From a virus, in the IMG/VR virus record IMGVR_UViG_3300042374_001687, positions 79,619-143,618 of that record: a DNA stretch of 64,000 nucleotides, one strand, 5' to 3'. Position numbers and translations under genes: made by a program. The notes under the pieces were generated by a model, which had not been told where the DNA came from, searched no databases, and saw only the letters and a list, made by a program, of their open reading frames with translations. How positions within the stretch are numbered: position 1 is the first letter of the stretch; every line of letters starts with the position of its first letter. Positions 1-10,039 of the stretch are shown piece by piece.

Positions 1-817
1 TCCGGACGAATATCTCGTACCAGGCGGCCGAAAAAACTCTTCCGAAACTGTGACACTCGGCTGCAAGCTGGTTGTTTGGGGCATCTTTCGGGAGTCCGGC
101 AGGATTGACATATTTGAATTTTTCTATGGCCGGATCCCTCAACGAATTGGGGAGGCATGTTCTGTCTTTGGATATTTTGCTTATTAATATTCCGATTTCT
201 TCGGCAAGTCTTGAAATTATATTGGAACTCCTCAAATCTCCATTGTTTTCCTTGAGGGCGGCGACCAAGGCCATTTCGTAATTCATCATGTTGAACATCG
301 CGACGATGTCCGAAAAAGCCTCGTGAAAAGACCATATCTCCAAGGATTGAACGCTCCAGAAATCGGGCCTCATGGAATCAAGAATAGCATGACCTAATTC
401 GTGCGTCACTATATCTTGTGAGTCGCCGAAATAATAGTTCTTCCCTGAGTGCCTGTAGTAAAAGAACCTGAGCGAAGCTCTGTCGTAATAGGCATTCAAA
501 TCAGATCCGGCGGCGGGAATCACCTGGAGGAGGTTTGTGGCGGCCCAATTTTTAACCGGCGTCTTAAGATGGCTTTGGACTTTCTCTATGCAGTTCCCGA
601 CGGATATGTGGCAATTGGCGGCTCTTGTTTCATCCTCATTTTTGGGGACGGGATTAAAGCCTTTGACTGCATATTTAAGGAGTCCCGACTTTGGAAAAGT
701 GAAATTCTCAACGAGGTTGGGAGTGGTCGGATCGTTGATCGTGTATTTTCCCAAAAATCGGGCCACATCAGAATGAATTCTCTCAAGTGCCGACAACTCA
801 AACAGCTTCTTGAACAT
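1..817 (-). CDS. Thermolysin-like (M4/M36) zinc metallopeptidase, 3' end beyond window
   Basis: Hand translation from ATG 817 (RBS AAGGAGG): ...DLNAYYDR...DIVTHELGHAILD...SFHEAFSDI; HExxH plus ExxxD third ligand and NAFW-like motif; absent from ORF track because it runs off the window. Confidence 0.85.
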   Translation of the reverse strand, partial: MFKKLFELSALERIHSDVARFLGKYTINDPTTPNLVENFTFPKSGLLKYAVKGFNPVPKNEDETRAANCHISVGNCIEKVQSHLKTPVKNWAATNLLQVIPAAGSDLNAYYDRASLRFFYYRHSGKNYYFGDSQDIVTHELGHAILDSMRPDFWSVQSLEIWSFHEAFSDIVAMFNMMNYEMALVAALKENNGDLRSSNIISRLAEEIGILISKISKDRTCLPNSLRDPAIEKFKYVNPAGLPKDAPNNQLAAECHSFGRVFSAAWYEIFVR

Positions 818-867
818 ACAACCTCCTTGTTTTTGTTCCCAAAGATATCTAGATACTAAGATCAAAA

Positions 868-1410
868 ATGTACAATCAATTTTCAACAATGTGCAAGAAT
901 CAAGAAGTAGAGGCGCAGATTAAATCGCTCATAGGAGAGAAGGAACTGCGAGAGTACAGAAACTTTGCCTTCAAGGATGACATGTTGAAGTTGTCTGTGG
1001 GGATAATACTTGGGAACTCTTTCAATAAGGTTGTGCATGGGATATCGGATTATCTTGTCATGCCTATATTCACATTTTTGGTTTCAAAGACGGGGGATGG
1101 ATGGAGGAATTGGACATTCACTCCCGTGAAGGGGCTGAATTTTGAGTTGGGACACCTTTTCGGCGTATTTTTTGACTTTCTGCTAATATCGATGCTGCTC
1201 TATGTCTTCTATATTAAGTTGATTGGGCAGATCGTAAATCGAGAAGTACCGAGCCTTAAGAACTGCCCTCACTGTTGTGGGCGCATAAATGCGGCTGCGA
1301 GAAAATGTCCGTTGTGTACGGGAGACATGATCGTAGAAGGAGATCCAATTGTCAAAACAAGAAGAACTAGAAGCAAGGATACGAGAGCAAAGAACCGTAG
1401 AGGCAAATAA
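868..1410 (+). CDS. mscL: Large-conductance mechanosensitive channel MscL family protein with C-terminal CxxC-CxxC zinc ribbon
   Basis: LREYRNFAFKDDMLKLSVGIILGNSFNKVV..ISDYLVMP matches MscL TM1; second TM G.LFGVFFDFLLI; tail CPHC...ARKCPLCT. Confidence 0.85.
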   Translation: MYNQFSTMCKNQEVEAQIKSLIGEKELREYRNFAFKDDMLKLSVGIILGNSFNKVVHGISDYLVMPIFTFLVSKTGDGWRNWTFTPVKGLNFELGHLFGVFFDFLLISMLLYVFYIKLIGQIVNREVPSLKNCPHCCGRINAAARKCPLCTGDMIVEGDPIVKTRRTRSKDTRAKNRRGK

Positions 1411-1963
1411 AAAAGGACTCATCGGTCAGAACGGAAAGATAGGGGTTGTGCTAAAGATGATGGGTCAGCCGATAGTGTCCCACTCTGAGGGCGGAGCATA
1501 TGTGGACACAAACTATCTAGAGTACGAGGAGGAAGCCGGTGAGCCTAGAAGTTCCGCTGAACTTCTAGAAAAAATCCCCATCATGAACATTGATGGAAGC
1601 TTAAGGCCTGAAACTGCCGAGTGGGCTCAACTAGCCGATCCGGTTTCGTATGGGATATACAATGTGGGGTGGTATTTTGATGGCCTCAGTCGGGGAATGC
1701 ACCTTGAAATAAAATACATGGACTCAGAGGCGGAACTTGTTGTCTTGCACAAGGGATATGTGGTGTACAAAGAGATAAAGGGAGAGATCGTTTCCTATGT
1801 TCCAAAAGATGAGTGGGAGGGCTGGGTAAACAATTTGTACAATAAGGCAAAAGACATGCAGAGAAAGATGAAGGAAAATGAATTTGAGGAGCAAGTGAGA
1901 GAGTCGGAGAGAAAAAAGAAAAGTTGGTGGTCGGAAATGAAATCAAGGTGGGGAATAGAGTGA
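1349..1963 (+). CDS. Hypothetical protein
   Basis: 204-aa ORF, TTG start after GGAG, followed by terminator. Confidence 0.7.
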   Translation: MSKQEELEARIREQRTVEANKKGLIGQNGKIGVVLKMMGQPIVSHSEGGAYVDTNYLEYEEEAGEPRSSAELLEKIPIMNIDGSLRPETAEWAQLADPVSYGIYNVGWYFDGLSRGMHLEIKYMDSEAELVVLHKGYVVYKEIKGEIVSYVPKDEWEGWVNNLYNKAKDMQRKMKENEFEEQVRESERKKKSWWSEMKSRWGIE

Positions 1964-1966
1964 AAC

Positions 1967-1997
1967 AAAAAAGCCCAGATTTTGAAATCTGGGCTTG
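1967..1997. terminator. Intrinsic terminator hairpin between convergent genes
   Basis: AAAAAAGCCCAGATTT-TG-AAATCTGGGCTT inverted repeat with A-tract. Confidence 0.75.
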
Positions 1998-2025
1998 AAA
2001 TTAAGCTACGGCCGTGCGTTGTAGG

Positions 2026-2418
2026 TCACATGAAAAAAATGATATACGCCAAGACCAAAACTTGTAGTCCCACGATGGCGCCAAATACATACATATCGTA
2101 GCGGGTCTTTGACTTAATCTTATCCTCAACGACTAGTTGCATGGGCGACTTGTGAGAAACCGACGCGGCGGACGAGAGACCTTCCGATCTGCCTTGGTCG
2201 CAGCACACTCTTTCCGAGATTCTGTTGATCACCTCTCCTGTGACCTCATCGAATGTTTCGGTCTCTCTTTCACAGACGCAATAGTGCTCGATGACTCTCT
2301 GCGCCAGCTTTTTCTGCGGCTTGGGCTCAACAAATACTTCAGTAACCCTAGTCAGCGAATCAGGTGTATTCTCCACCTTCTCGGCCTTTCTTCCGTCATC
2401 AAGCGTGAATTCAGACAT
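2026..2418 (-). CDS. Hypothetical protein with C-terminal transmembrane helix
   Basis: RBS AAGGAGG; hydrophobic C-terminus YVFGAIVGLQVLVLAYIIFFM. Confidence 0.7.
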   Translation of the reverse strand: MSEFTLDDGRKAEKVENTPDSLTRVTEVFVEPKPQKKLAQRVIEHYCVCERETETFDEVTGEVINRISERVCCDQGRSEGLSSAASVSHKSPMQLVVEDKIKSKTRYDMYVFGAIVGLQVLVLAYIIFFM

Positions 2419-2457
2419 TTAGTCCTCCTTGTTTAATACCCACGCGCCTTCTATGTG

Positions 2458-2465
2458 TATTTATA
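2458..2465 (-). promoter_or_regulatory. T4-type late promoter TATAAATA
   Basis: Exact TATAAATA on minus strand ~40 nt upstream of ATG 2418. Confidence 0.6.
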
Positions 2466-2497
2466 ATTGATCGTCAAGAAAAAATTGAATTTTGGTA

Positions 2498-2532
2498 CAA
2501 AAAAACCCCCCTGGCCGAAGCCAGGGGGGTTT
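2498..2532 (-). terminator. Intrinsic terminator with cUUCGg tetraloop
   Basis: CCCCCCTGGC-TTCG-GCCAGGGGGG followed by T-tract on minus strand. Confidence 0.85.
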
Positions 2533-2555
2533 GTAACAATCAAAAAGGAGTCAGA

Positions 2556-2834
2556 TCAAGCACCGTGAACGATGAGATCGGTCAAGGTGTGCTTGCTGAG
2601 CGTGGACTTAACTCCTCCCTTAACCGGAGCAATTTCGCTCTTCTTAAAGGACTTGATGGGAGCATCCTGGAGCCGGGTGCAAACCGTGTTGCCCCTGCGA
2701 AGGACATATCCCTTCACCACATCGCCCTTGTTCTCAACGACCGCAATGGTCGTGCGAATGGGCTTGCTGTGGGTTCCCTTGTAAAAGAACTTCCAGACCG
2801 GGAGGTTTCTGACCAAACAATAACCTGTCGACAT
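2556..2834 (-). CDS. Small hypothetical protein
   Basis: AAGGAG RBS before ATG 2834 (MSTGYCLV...); biased codon usage; terminator downstream. Confidence 0.65.
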   Translation of the reverse strand: MSTGYCLVRNLPVWKFFYKGTHSKPIRTTIAVVENKGDVVKGYVLRRGNTVCTRLQDAPIKSFKKSEIAPVKGGVKSTLSKHTLTDLIVHGA

Positions 2835-2891
2835 TGATTGAACTCCTTTCTTAAAGTTCAGGTATAGAGACATCTTATCAGATCTGTTCTG

Positions 2892-3353
2892 CTAGTCAAT
2901 AGCATTTTCTAGCATTTCAAGAATATTGTCAGCATCGCCCCTGCTGTCCAGGATCTGATCTTCCAGAAACAGGGCGACATAAGTGGCATCAACATCGCAA
3001 GAGCCGATATTTTCAGCCTGGCTATGACGAAGGACATAGTTATTCACCACATCGTTCTCCATTTGCAATGCGGCTTCCAGAAGAGCCTTCGGGCAAGTCA
3101 TTCCGGACTTAAAAGATCCGACATCGGACGGGACTCCACCTGCGATGCCTCGCCTGGTCTTCAGGCCAGTGATGAGCCTTCTGAACTGCTCTATGTGCTT
3201 CATTTCGCTGGCGGCTTGCTCCAAGAAGAACTCGCTCAGTTCTTGCCGGTGCAATCCCCGCACATTAGTGGCCGCTTGCATGTAAAAATGCCAATGTGCA
3301 TATTCATTAGAAAGATCTAAAGTTAGTAGATCCACGAGTTCTTCAATTGTCAT
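2892..3353 (-). CDS. Ferritin/bacterioferritin-like protein
   Basis: L..DLSNEY...FY, EQAASEMKH, ENDVV..Y ferroxidase-like four-helix bundle pattern. Confidence 0.8.
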   Translation of the reverse strand: MTIEELVDLLTLDLSNEYAHWHFYMQAATNVRGLHRQELSEFFLEQAASEMKHIEQFRRLITGLKTRRGIAGGVPSDVGSFKSGMTCPKALLEAALQMENDVVNNYVLRHSQAENIGSCDVDATYVALFLEDQILDSRGDADNILEMLENAID

Positions 3354-3634
3354 TGGTCGCCTTTCTTTGTAAACATAGGTTCGCCATCCACATCGAATCC
3401 GCAGATTTCTACGGATCCCATTATGAAGTTTTTAAAAAGTATTTGGCCGATTCGCACATGGCCGCACCAGGCCACAACCTTCAGAACATCATCTAGTTCG
3501 GACATGCCTTGATTGAGACAAGCCGATACTATTTGATTGGTCTCTTCGTCTGAAAGGGACACATACCTTTTTTGATTATCGTCCCAGTGCAGGTCATCGG
3601 CGGGAATCAAATTGTTTAGAATATGATGATACAT
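3350..3634 (-). CDS. Hypothetical protein
   Basis: Stop/start overlap with ferritin gene. Confidence 0.6.
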   Translation of the reverse strand: MYHHILNNLIPADDLHWDDNQKRYVSLSDEETNQIVSACLNQGMSELDDVLKVVAWCGHVRIGQILFKNFIMGSVEICGFDVDGEPMFTKKGDQ

Positions 3635-3887
3635 GATTTGGCCTTGTTGCCAATATCTTATTGATTCCTTCCGTGCCGGTCAATGTCAAAAAATTTAATA
3701 GAACGGGCCTTCCACTTTTCCCACCACTGCTTCGTGAAAAATGCCGAAGTTGCATATATCACGCCGCCCATTATGGTTTTAATCAGCCAAAATGAAGCAC
3801 AGGTCACGACGATAAACCTTCTTTTGTCGCCCAAATCGTTTTTGTTTTCCATACCAATATCTATTTTGGACACATATAATAGAATGT

Positions 3888-5702
3888 ATGCAAAATGGAA
3901 AAAATCAATTTCCCGAGGGGTTGGCCTATCCCACCGAGCCTTTTGAAGACTTTTATTTCAAATTTCGGAATACAAAGGAGATGATCGAACATCCCGAATG
4001 GGATGAAATTTATTCAACTTATTACGAACTAGATCCCTACGAAATCGGAATTCCCGTGGGCGAGAAAGTTGAAGATCTTAATTCCTTCCCCGCCGAGAAG
4101 CAGATAGAAGAGGTCATAAAGTGCGCAAAAAGTTTCTTCTATTTTTGCCACCGCTATGTGAAAATCCTACACCCAAAGTTCGGAACGATCCCATTTGTGC
4201 TCTACAAATACCAGCGGAGGGTCATAAAGGAGTACGAATCCAAAAGATTCAACATGATAAGCAAGTTCCGACAGGGGGGTCTAAGCACCGTCACGGTTCT
4301 CTGGGGACTTTGGAAGTGCATGTTCCAAAAAGACCAGCAGATATACTTTCTGTCAAAGACGGACCGAGAGGCTCTGGCCGCAGGTGATATAGCCAGAAGG
4401 GCCATGGACAACTTTCCTTACTGGATGTATGACAAAAATAACGCAGACATAACAAAGCACGAGAAGAGTTTCAACGATGTAGGGTCAAAAATATGTTTCT
4501 ATACGCCCGAGGCGGCTCGAGGCAAGTCTGCCACATACATCATGATAGACGAGGCGGCATTCATAGAAAAAATGGACGAACACTGGAAAGCGATGTATCC
4601 CGTGATCGCAACGGGAGGACACATAGAGATAATCTCTACCGTCAATGGTTTGGGGAACTGGTATGAGGAGACATACCATGAGGCCCAGGCCGGGAGAAAT
4701 TTTTTTAACATCATAGACTTGGACTACTGGGAGCACCCCGTGTATGCGAATCCCGAATGGGCGGCTGCCATGAGGGCGAACTTGGGGGAAAAGGGGTGGC
4801 AACAAGAAGTGCTGCGAGATTTCTTGGGCTCGGGCGATACTTACATATCTTCAAATGTGATAAGCCAATACGACAGAGGAGCCAGAAGTACGGTTCCTGT
4901 CAGGACCGCCTTTTCTAAATGGACAAATGAATCGCAGCAAAAGCAGCAGTGGGATGACGGTGCCTTGTGGATATGGAAAGAGCCAATGGTGGGGCACGAG
5001 TACATAATAGGTGCGGACTGTGCCGAGGGAGTCGGAAAGGACGGCGACAACTCGTGCTTCCAGATAATAGACGCGGTTAGTCTAGAACAAGTCGCCGAAT
5101 TCTACAGCAATTTGGTTCCTCCAAATGTATTCGCCCAGATAATAAACCAGATAGGCATATACTACAACACGGCGACCGTGGTGGTAGAAAACAATTCAGT
5201 AGGAGGTGCGGTCTTAAACAGCTTGAGCAACGACATGGGGTACGAAGCTCTCTATTATGAAAGTAGAAAGTCATCCACCAAGTTGGGAATCAAAATGGGC
5301 CCCTCTAACAGACCAATATTCCTGGAGGCTATGCAGAACAGACTCATGAATGGAACGGTCAGGATAAACAGTCATCGTTTAGTGAACGAGCTGAAGACCT
5401 TCATATACAGCCCCCAGAAAAAGCGAGCCGAGGCGATAAAAGGAAAGCACGACGACGCAATCATGGCCTTGTGCCTCGCTCTGTATGTCAGGGACGAAAG
5501 AATAAGGGGATTGCCTCTGGACATTGAGTACGCGGAACAATCTATACTTGCAAAAAACAGACCAGTAGATGACATAAAAAAAGAGATACTCGAGGGAGGA
5601 GTTTCTGACTGGTTTGAGATAAGATCTGGGGAGGACTCTTTTGCCGAGGATAAGCAAGACAGCAGAAAAAACAGTCCTATACTCAAGGAATTTGGATGGT
5701 AG
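3888..5702 (+). CDS. terL: Terminase large subunit (T4 gp17-like)
   Basis: LYKYQ adenine-binding, KFRQGGLST Walker A, YIMIDEAAF Walker B, ISTVNG, RNase H-like GADCAEG / VENN / KHDDAIMA. Confidence 0.95.
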   Translation: MQNGKNQFPEGLAYPTEPFEDFYFKFRNTKEMIEHPEWDEIYSTYYELDPYEIGIPVGEKVEDLNSFPAEKQIEEVIKCAKSFFYFCHRYVKILHPKFGTIPFVLYKYQRRVIKEYESKRFNMISKFRQGGLSTVTVLWGLWKCMFQKDQQIYFLSKTDREALAAGDIARRAMDNFPYWMYDKNNADITKHEKSFNDVGSKICFYTPEAARGKSATYIMIDEAAFIEKMDEHWKAMYPVIATGGHIEIISTVNGLGNWYEETYHEAQAGRNFFNIIDLDYWEHPVYANPEWAAAMRANLGEKGWQQEVLRDFLGSGDTYISSNVISQYDRGARSTVPVRTAFSKWTNESQQKQQWDDGALWIWKEPMVGHEYIIGADCAEGVGKDGDNSCFQIIDAVSLEQVAEFYSNLVPPNVFAQIINQIGIYYNTATVVVENNSVGGAVLNSLSNDMGYEALYYESRKSSTKLGIKMGPSNRPIFLEAMQNRLMNGTVRINSHRLVNELKTFIYSPQKKRAEAIKGKHDDAIMALCLALYVRDERIRGLPLDIEYAEQSILAKNRPVDDIKKEILEGGVSDWFEIRSGEDSFAEDKQDSRKNSPILKEFGW

Positions 5703-5715
5703 AAAGGGGGCTTGA

Positions 5716-6006
5716 TTGAAAAACGAAGAGATGAAGAGAGTGATAGGAAGGGCTATTGAATGTTGCACGGGGCATCACATGCAAGGGGTGAAGCGAAAGT
5801 TGATTGGCGTATTGCATGAAATATCAGAAATAGAAGATAAAAAAGTGCGAAGAAGGTCTGTGGACGATATTTACAAGCAGTGGACGGCAGAAAAATCCTC
5901 ATCGGTCGCCAAGATGAGCGAAGTTCAAGCTAAAAACGCTCTCGGCGAAATAGAGAACATGATCAATACAGAGCACAGAAAGATCGGGGGGGGCGGAGAG
6001 CGATAG
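5716..6006 (+). CDS. Hypothetical protein
   Basis: ORF immediately after terminase with GGGGG RBS. Confidence 0.6.
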   Translation: MKNEEMKRVIGRAIECCTGHHMQGVKRKLIGVLHEISEIEDKKVRRRSVDDIYKQWTAEKSSSVAKMSEVQAKNALGEIENMINTEHRKIGGGGER

Positions 6007-6495
6007 AGGCACGCTAATGGACTGAGGCGGCGATCAGCCAGTCCCAGTTCAATCCAATCAAATAGCCCACAAGAAAAGCAAGAGCACACACAAAGACGAC
6101 GGCGTTGTTGGCTAAAAATTTAAAAATATGTTCCATTGATGTCGTTTCCTATTCTTTTGGTCGTAATGTCACGGACCGTTTGCAACCACAAAATTTCTTT
6201 TTCTGACATTTCAACATTTGAAGTCAAGACGAAGTCGGCCCCGATCCATTCGCCTATCTGCTCCTTCGTTCCATCTTTGCGACGCTTTAAGAGCACATAT
6301 TTATCCAATGATTTCATTTGATAGTCTTCCATGAAGTAGTTGGTAGACTCAATATTGCCGAAATCGCACTTGTAGTGGATCACATTTTTTCCTATTCATC
6401 TAAAAACGGAATTATAGCAGAGATTGCGGCAATAAACAATGCCCAATCCGATATATATGAATAGAGATGATATCCATTAAACAAGGAGGTTTAAA

Positions 6496-6798
6496 ATGGA
6501 TGCAAGAACAAGACTTGAGATGGCCAGAGGCAAGGTGGCCAATGCAAAAAAAATGCAAGCGGAAATAATTTCCGCCACTCAACAGATTCAAGATCTTGAA
6601 GACAGAACGATAGAAAACTCTTCTGCTCTCGTGAAATACAGACAAAATTTTACTGTGCCTGCGGTCTGGGTTCCTAAGCAAGGCATAAGAATATCAAACA
6701 TACCTCAGATCCCAGCAGAAAAGATATCAAATATTAGTACATACATTCAAGCCAACGTTAAAAGAATTGACGGTGGCGATCTTGATGAGACTGGGTGA
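6496..6798 (+). CDS. Hypothetical (probable virion/fibre-associated) protein
   Basis: AAGGAGG RBS; ends ...IDGG.. like the downstream fibre protein (LDGG). Confidence 0.65.
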   Translation: MDARTRLEMARGKVANAKKMQAEIISATQQIQDLEDRTIENSSALVKYRQNFTVPAVWVPKQGIRISNIPQIPAEKISNISTYIQANVKRIDGGDLDETG

Positions 6799-6825
6799 TT
6801 TGCAATAACCAAGGAGAAAAAGAAG

Positions 6826-8802
6826 ATGGCAGCAGAAACAATTATTCAGATACGCAGAGGTCTTGCGGCAACATGGACGGAGCTCAATCCGGTCCTGGCG
6901 GCTGGCGAGATGGGTCTGGAGACGGACACAAAGAAGGCCAAGATCGGCAACGGCTCGACCGCTTGGAATAGCTTGGCCTATTCAATCGGCCAAGTTGACA
7001 ACATCAATTTTAGCGGCAACACGATCAGCTCCACCGACGCGAACGGCGACATAACGCTCGATCCGAACGGAACGGGCGACGTCAGAATTGCCGACAGTGC
7101 TGACCTGTATGTCGGTGGCGATGTCTATGCGAACAACAAGAGACTAGCGACCTTGGAGTATGTTGACGCTGTCAAGCAAGGCTTGGACGTCAAGGATTCG
7201 GTCAGGGTTGCGACGACTGGAAACATCACATTGTCGGGCGAGCAGGAAGTTGACGGCGTATCCTTGGTCGCCGGTAACCGCGTGCTAGTCAAGAATCAGA
7301 CCACAGCCAGCCAGAACGGCATTTATGTCGTTGCTGCTGGTTCTTGGACGAGAGCCGACGATGCCAACGCCGATGCCGATGTTACATCTGGTCTCTTCAC
7401 ATTCGTGGAGCAAGGCACGGTTAATCAGGACAGCGGTTGGGTTTTGACCACAGACGGGGCGATCACAGTCGGAACGACCTCGCTTGCTTTCGCGCAGTTT
7501 AGTGGTGCGGGCTCGGTTACAGCCGGCGCCGGCCTCACAAAGAGTGGAAACACTCTTGATGTTGGCGGCACTGCTGACAGAATCACTGTCAATTCCGACA
7601 GCGTCGACATTGCCAGCACCTATGCCGGTCAGTCCAGCATCACCACGCTCGGCACGGTGACGACGGGAACTTGGAATGGTACAACGGTCGGGCTCAGCTA
7701 TGGCGGCACGGGAGCTACGGACGCCTCGGGTGCTCGCTCAAACCTCGGCCTCGTGATCGGAACGGATGTTCAGGCGTACGATGCTGAGTTGGCGGCTCTT
7801 GCCGGCACAACCAGTGCGGCTGACGCTCTTCCGTACTTCACAGGTGCGGGCACAGCGACGACAACAACGATGACGAGCTTTGCTCGTGGCCTTCTCGACG
7901 ACACCAGCGCGTCGGACGCCCGCACAACGCTCGGCGTTGTGATCGGCACCGACGTTCAGGCGTACGATGCTGAGTTGGCTGCTATCGCTGGCCTGACCAG
8001 CGCTGCTGACGCTCTCCCGTACTTCACGGGTGCGGGCACAGCTGCGGTGACCACGCTGTCCAGCTTCGGCAGATCGCTTGTTGACGACGCCAGTGCGTCG
8101 GACGCCCGCACAACGCTCGGCGTTGTGATCGGCACCGACGTTCAAGCGTACGATGCTGAGTTGGCTGCTATCGCTGGCCTGACCAGCGCTGCTGACGCTC
8201 TCCCGTACTTCACGGGTGCGGGCACAGCTGCGGTGACCACGCTGTCCAGCTTCGGCAGATCGCTTGTTGACGACGCCAGTGCGTCGGACGCCCGCACAAC
8301 GCTCGGCGTTGTGATCGGCACCGACGTTCAAGCGTACGATGCCGAACTCGCGGCCCTCGCGGGTCTGACAAGTGCTGCTGACGCTCTCCCGTACTTCACA
8401 GGCACGGGAACAGCGGCGACAACGACGATGACGAGCTTTGCTCGTGGCCTCCTTGATGACGCAAGCGCGTCGGATGCCCGCACAACGCTCGGCGTTGTGA
8501 TCGGCACTGACGTTCAGGCGTACAACAGCACTCTTGCTGCTGTGGCTGCCGGAACCTACACGGGTGACGACAGCATCACGACTGTCGGAACCGTGACGGC
8601 GGGCACATGGAATGCCAGCGTGGTCGGATCCACCTACGGTGGAACCGGGCTCTCGAGCTACGCTGCTGGCGATATCATCTACGCCTCCGCGACGGACACC
8701 TTGGCCAAGTTGGCTAAGGGAACCGGCTACCAGTTCTTGAAGATGAACTCGGCCGGCACCGCTCCGGAATGGTCCAGCTCGCTGGACGGCGGCACCCCGT
8801 GA
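6826..8802 (+). CDS. Virion fibre protein (Mtd N-terminal-like domain + 62-aa repeats)
   Basis: [36 protein letters not shown]-domain; KDSVRVATT...[14 protein letters not shown] domain; Gly/Thr/Ala-rich repeats. Confidence 0.85.
   Translation: MAAETIIQIRRGLAATWTELNPVLAAGEMGLETDTKKAKIGNGSTAWNSLAYSIGQVDNINFSGNTISSTDANGDITLDPNGTGDVRIADSADLYVGGDVYANNKRLATLEYVDAVKQGLDVKDSVRVATTGNITLSGEQEVDGVSLVAGNRVLVKNQTTASQNGIYVVAAGSWTRADDANADADVTSGLFTFVEQGTVNQDSGWVLTTDGAITVGTTSLAFAQFSGAGSVTAGAGLTKSGNTLDVGGTADRITVNSDSVDIASTYAGQSSITTLGTVTTGTWNGTTVGLSYGGTGATDASGARSNLGLVIGTDVQAYDAELAALAGTTSAADALPYFTGAGTATTTTMTSFARGLLDDTSASDARTTLGVVIGTDVQAYDAELAAIAGLTSAADALPYFTGAGTAAVTTLSSFGRSLVDDASASDARTTLGVVIGTDVQAYDAELAAIAGLTSAADALPYFTGAGTAAVTTLSSFGRSLVDDASASDARTTLGVVIGTDVQAYDAELAALAGLTSAADALPYFTGTGTAATTTMTSFARGLLDDASASDARTTLGVVIGTDVQAYNSTLAAVAAGTYTGDDSITTVGTVTAGTWNASVVGSTYGGTGLSSYAAGDIIYASATDTLAKLAKGTGYQFLKMNSAGTAPEWSSSLDGGTP
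7747..8525 (+). repeat. 186-bp (62-aa) tandem repeat, 4 copies plus partial
   Basis: Units start 7747, 7933, 8119, 8305, 8491 ([17 protein letters not shown]...ASDARTTL). Confidence 0.95.
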
Positions 8803-8827
8803 TTTGACTCACGGAGTTGATTCAAAA

Positions 8828-8864
8828 GGCGGCTCGCCCCGAAAGGGGCGGGCCGTTTTTTTTG
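8828..8864 (+). terminator. Intrinsic terminator
   Basis: GGCGGCTCGCCCC-GAAA-GGGGCGGGCCGTTTTTTT. Confidence 0.9.
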
Positions 8865-8924
8865 CTAGATAACCAAAGCAATGGAGTGTTGTAAAACTAA
8901 ATATGTTACACGAACAATCCAAGG

Positions 8925-9299
8925 ATGCAAATGTTTGAATACGAATATAATACAAAGATAAGGATCGTAGGTTGTGCTGAGATAAAGTTAAAGAAAAACT
9001 TTTTGGCTTTGTTTCAAGTCGGATCAAAAGTTTATATTAAGAAAAATGCGAGGATCGGAGAAATGAGGTCGGTGGTCATAAAAAGATTCTCCAAGTCTCT
9101 GGCTCACAGTCTTAATGTGGAAAGCAATCCACAAATCATGTACACAGACACATTCAACAGGGTGTGGGCGGAGAATGAATTGTTATCAGAAGAAAACGCT
9201 GCGGATCAGGCGCTGTTGTATTTAAAGAACATACAAGAAGAAGGAAGGAGGCTATTTGAAGAAAATGGATGCTTCCCAATTAACCCAGAAAACTGCTAG
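8925..9299 (+). CDS. Hypothetical protein
   Basis: 124-aa ORF between terminator and convergent glycosyltransferase. Confidence 0.6.
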   Translation: MQMFEYEYNTKIRIVGCAEIKLKKNFLALFQVGSKVYIKKNARIGEMRSVVIKRFSKSLAHSLNVESNPQIMYTDTFNRVWAENELLSEENAADQALLYLKNIQEEGRRLFEENGCFPINPENC

Positions 9300-10039
9300 A
9301 TCAAAAAGCTTTCTTTGAAATTCTTGGTTATGTTCGCACGACCCCATTCTATGGAAGAATTGGCGACATAGTTTTTGCTAGTCGCAGCGTCTTCGCATAT
9401 ATTCATGCTCAAGTCTCTGGTGACCTCTATCTGCTTGAGTTGGCAGTTTTTTGTTCTAATTTCATTGGGATGGGGTATGCACGAACAAATTTTCGGTGGG
9501 GTAAAAAGTTCTAGATTGTTTTGCATTCTCACCCTGAACTGATAGTTCATGTCGTCATAGCCCCAACCGAGATGAATACTTTCATCGTAGCCGTTGACTG
9601 AGTAGAAGTCCTTCCTTGTCGCAGCGACGAGGCCGGCACAACCATTATTTCCATACATATCCTCACTTTCAAAAGCCATCACCATTCTTTTGCCCGAAGA
9701 AAATGCAGAATCCAAGTATTCGCAAAAACCTTCTGGGATGAATATGTCGCAGTCCAAATTCATAAGAATGTCGCCCGTGGCGACCTTGTGGGCTATGTTC
9801 TTTGCATGAGCCGCCACCCAGTACCTCGGCTCTTTTGTTTGAACAAAAACTACTCTTCCTGATTCAATATATCCAGAAAGATTTTCTTTTACCCAGTCTT
9901 CTAGCCCGTCTTTGCTATTATAGTCGAGAAGGACGAACTCCACATTTGATAACGATTTGGAACTTTCTATGTTGTGAACATAAGTCTGTTCCAGATGAAA
10001 CAGCCTGTCCATGGATGTGGTGCAGAATGATATCTTCAT
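9296..10039 (-). CDS. Glycosyltransferase (GT2 / GT7-like C-terminus)
   Basis: ISFCTT..DR, LLDYNSKDG, NLDCD (DxD), VNGYDE...GWGYDD. Confidence 0.9.
   Translation of the reverse strand: MKISFCTTSMDRLFHLEQTYVHNIESSKSLSNVEFVLLDYNSKDGLEDWVKENLSGYIESGRVVFVQTKEPRYWVAAHAKNIAHKVATGDILMNLDCDIFIPEGFCEYLDSAFSSGKRMVMAFESEDMYGNNGCAGLVAATRKDFYSVNGYDESIHLGWGYDDMNYQFRVRMQNNLELFTPPKICSCIPHPNEIRTKNCQLKQIEVTRDLSMNICEDAATSKNYVANSSIEWGRANITKNFKESFLI

Noticed and set aside
4255-4295. Terminase Walker A lacking the terminal Lys (RQGGLST)
   Set aside because: RQxGxST variants with an upstream Lys are common in T4-like terminases; not evidence of inactivity
6826-8802. Diversity-generating retroelement target suggested by the Mtd-like N-terminus
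   Set aside because: No reverse transcriptase and no TR/VR pair with adenine-specific mismatches in the window
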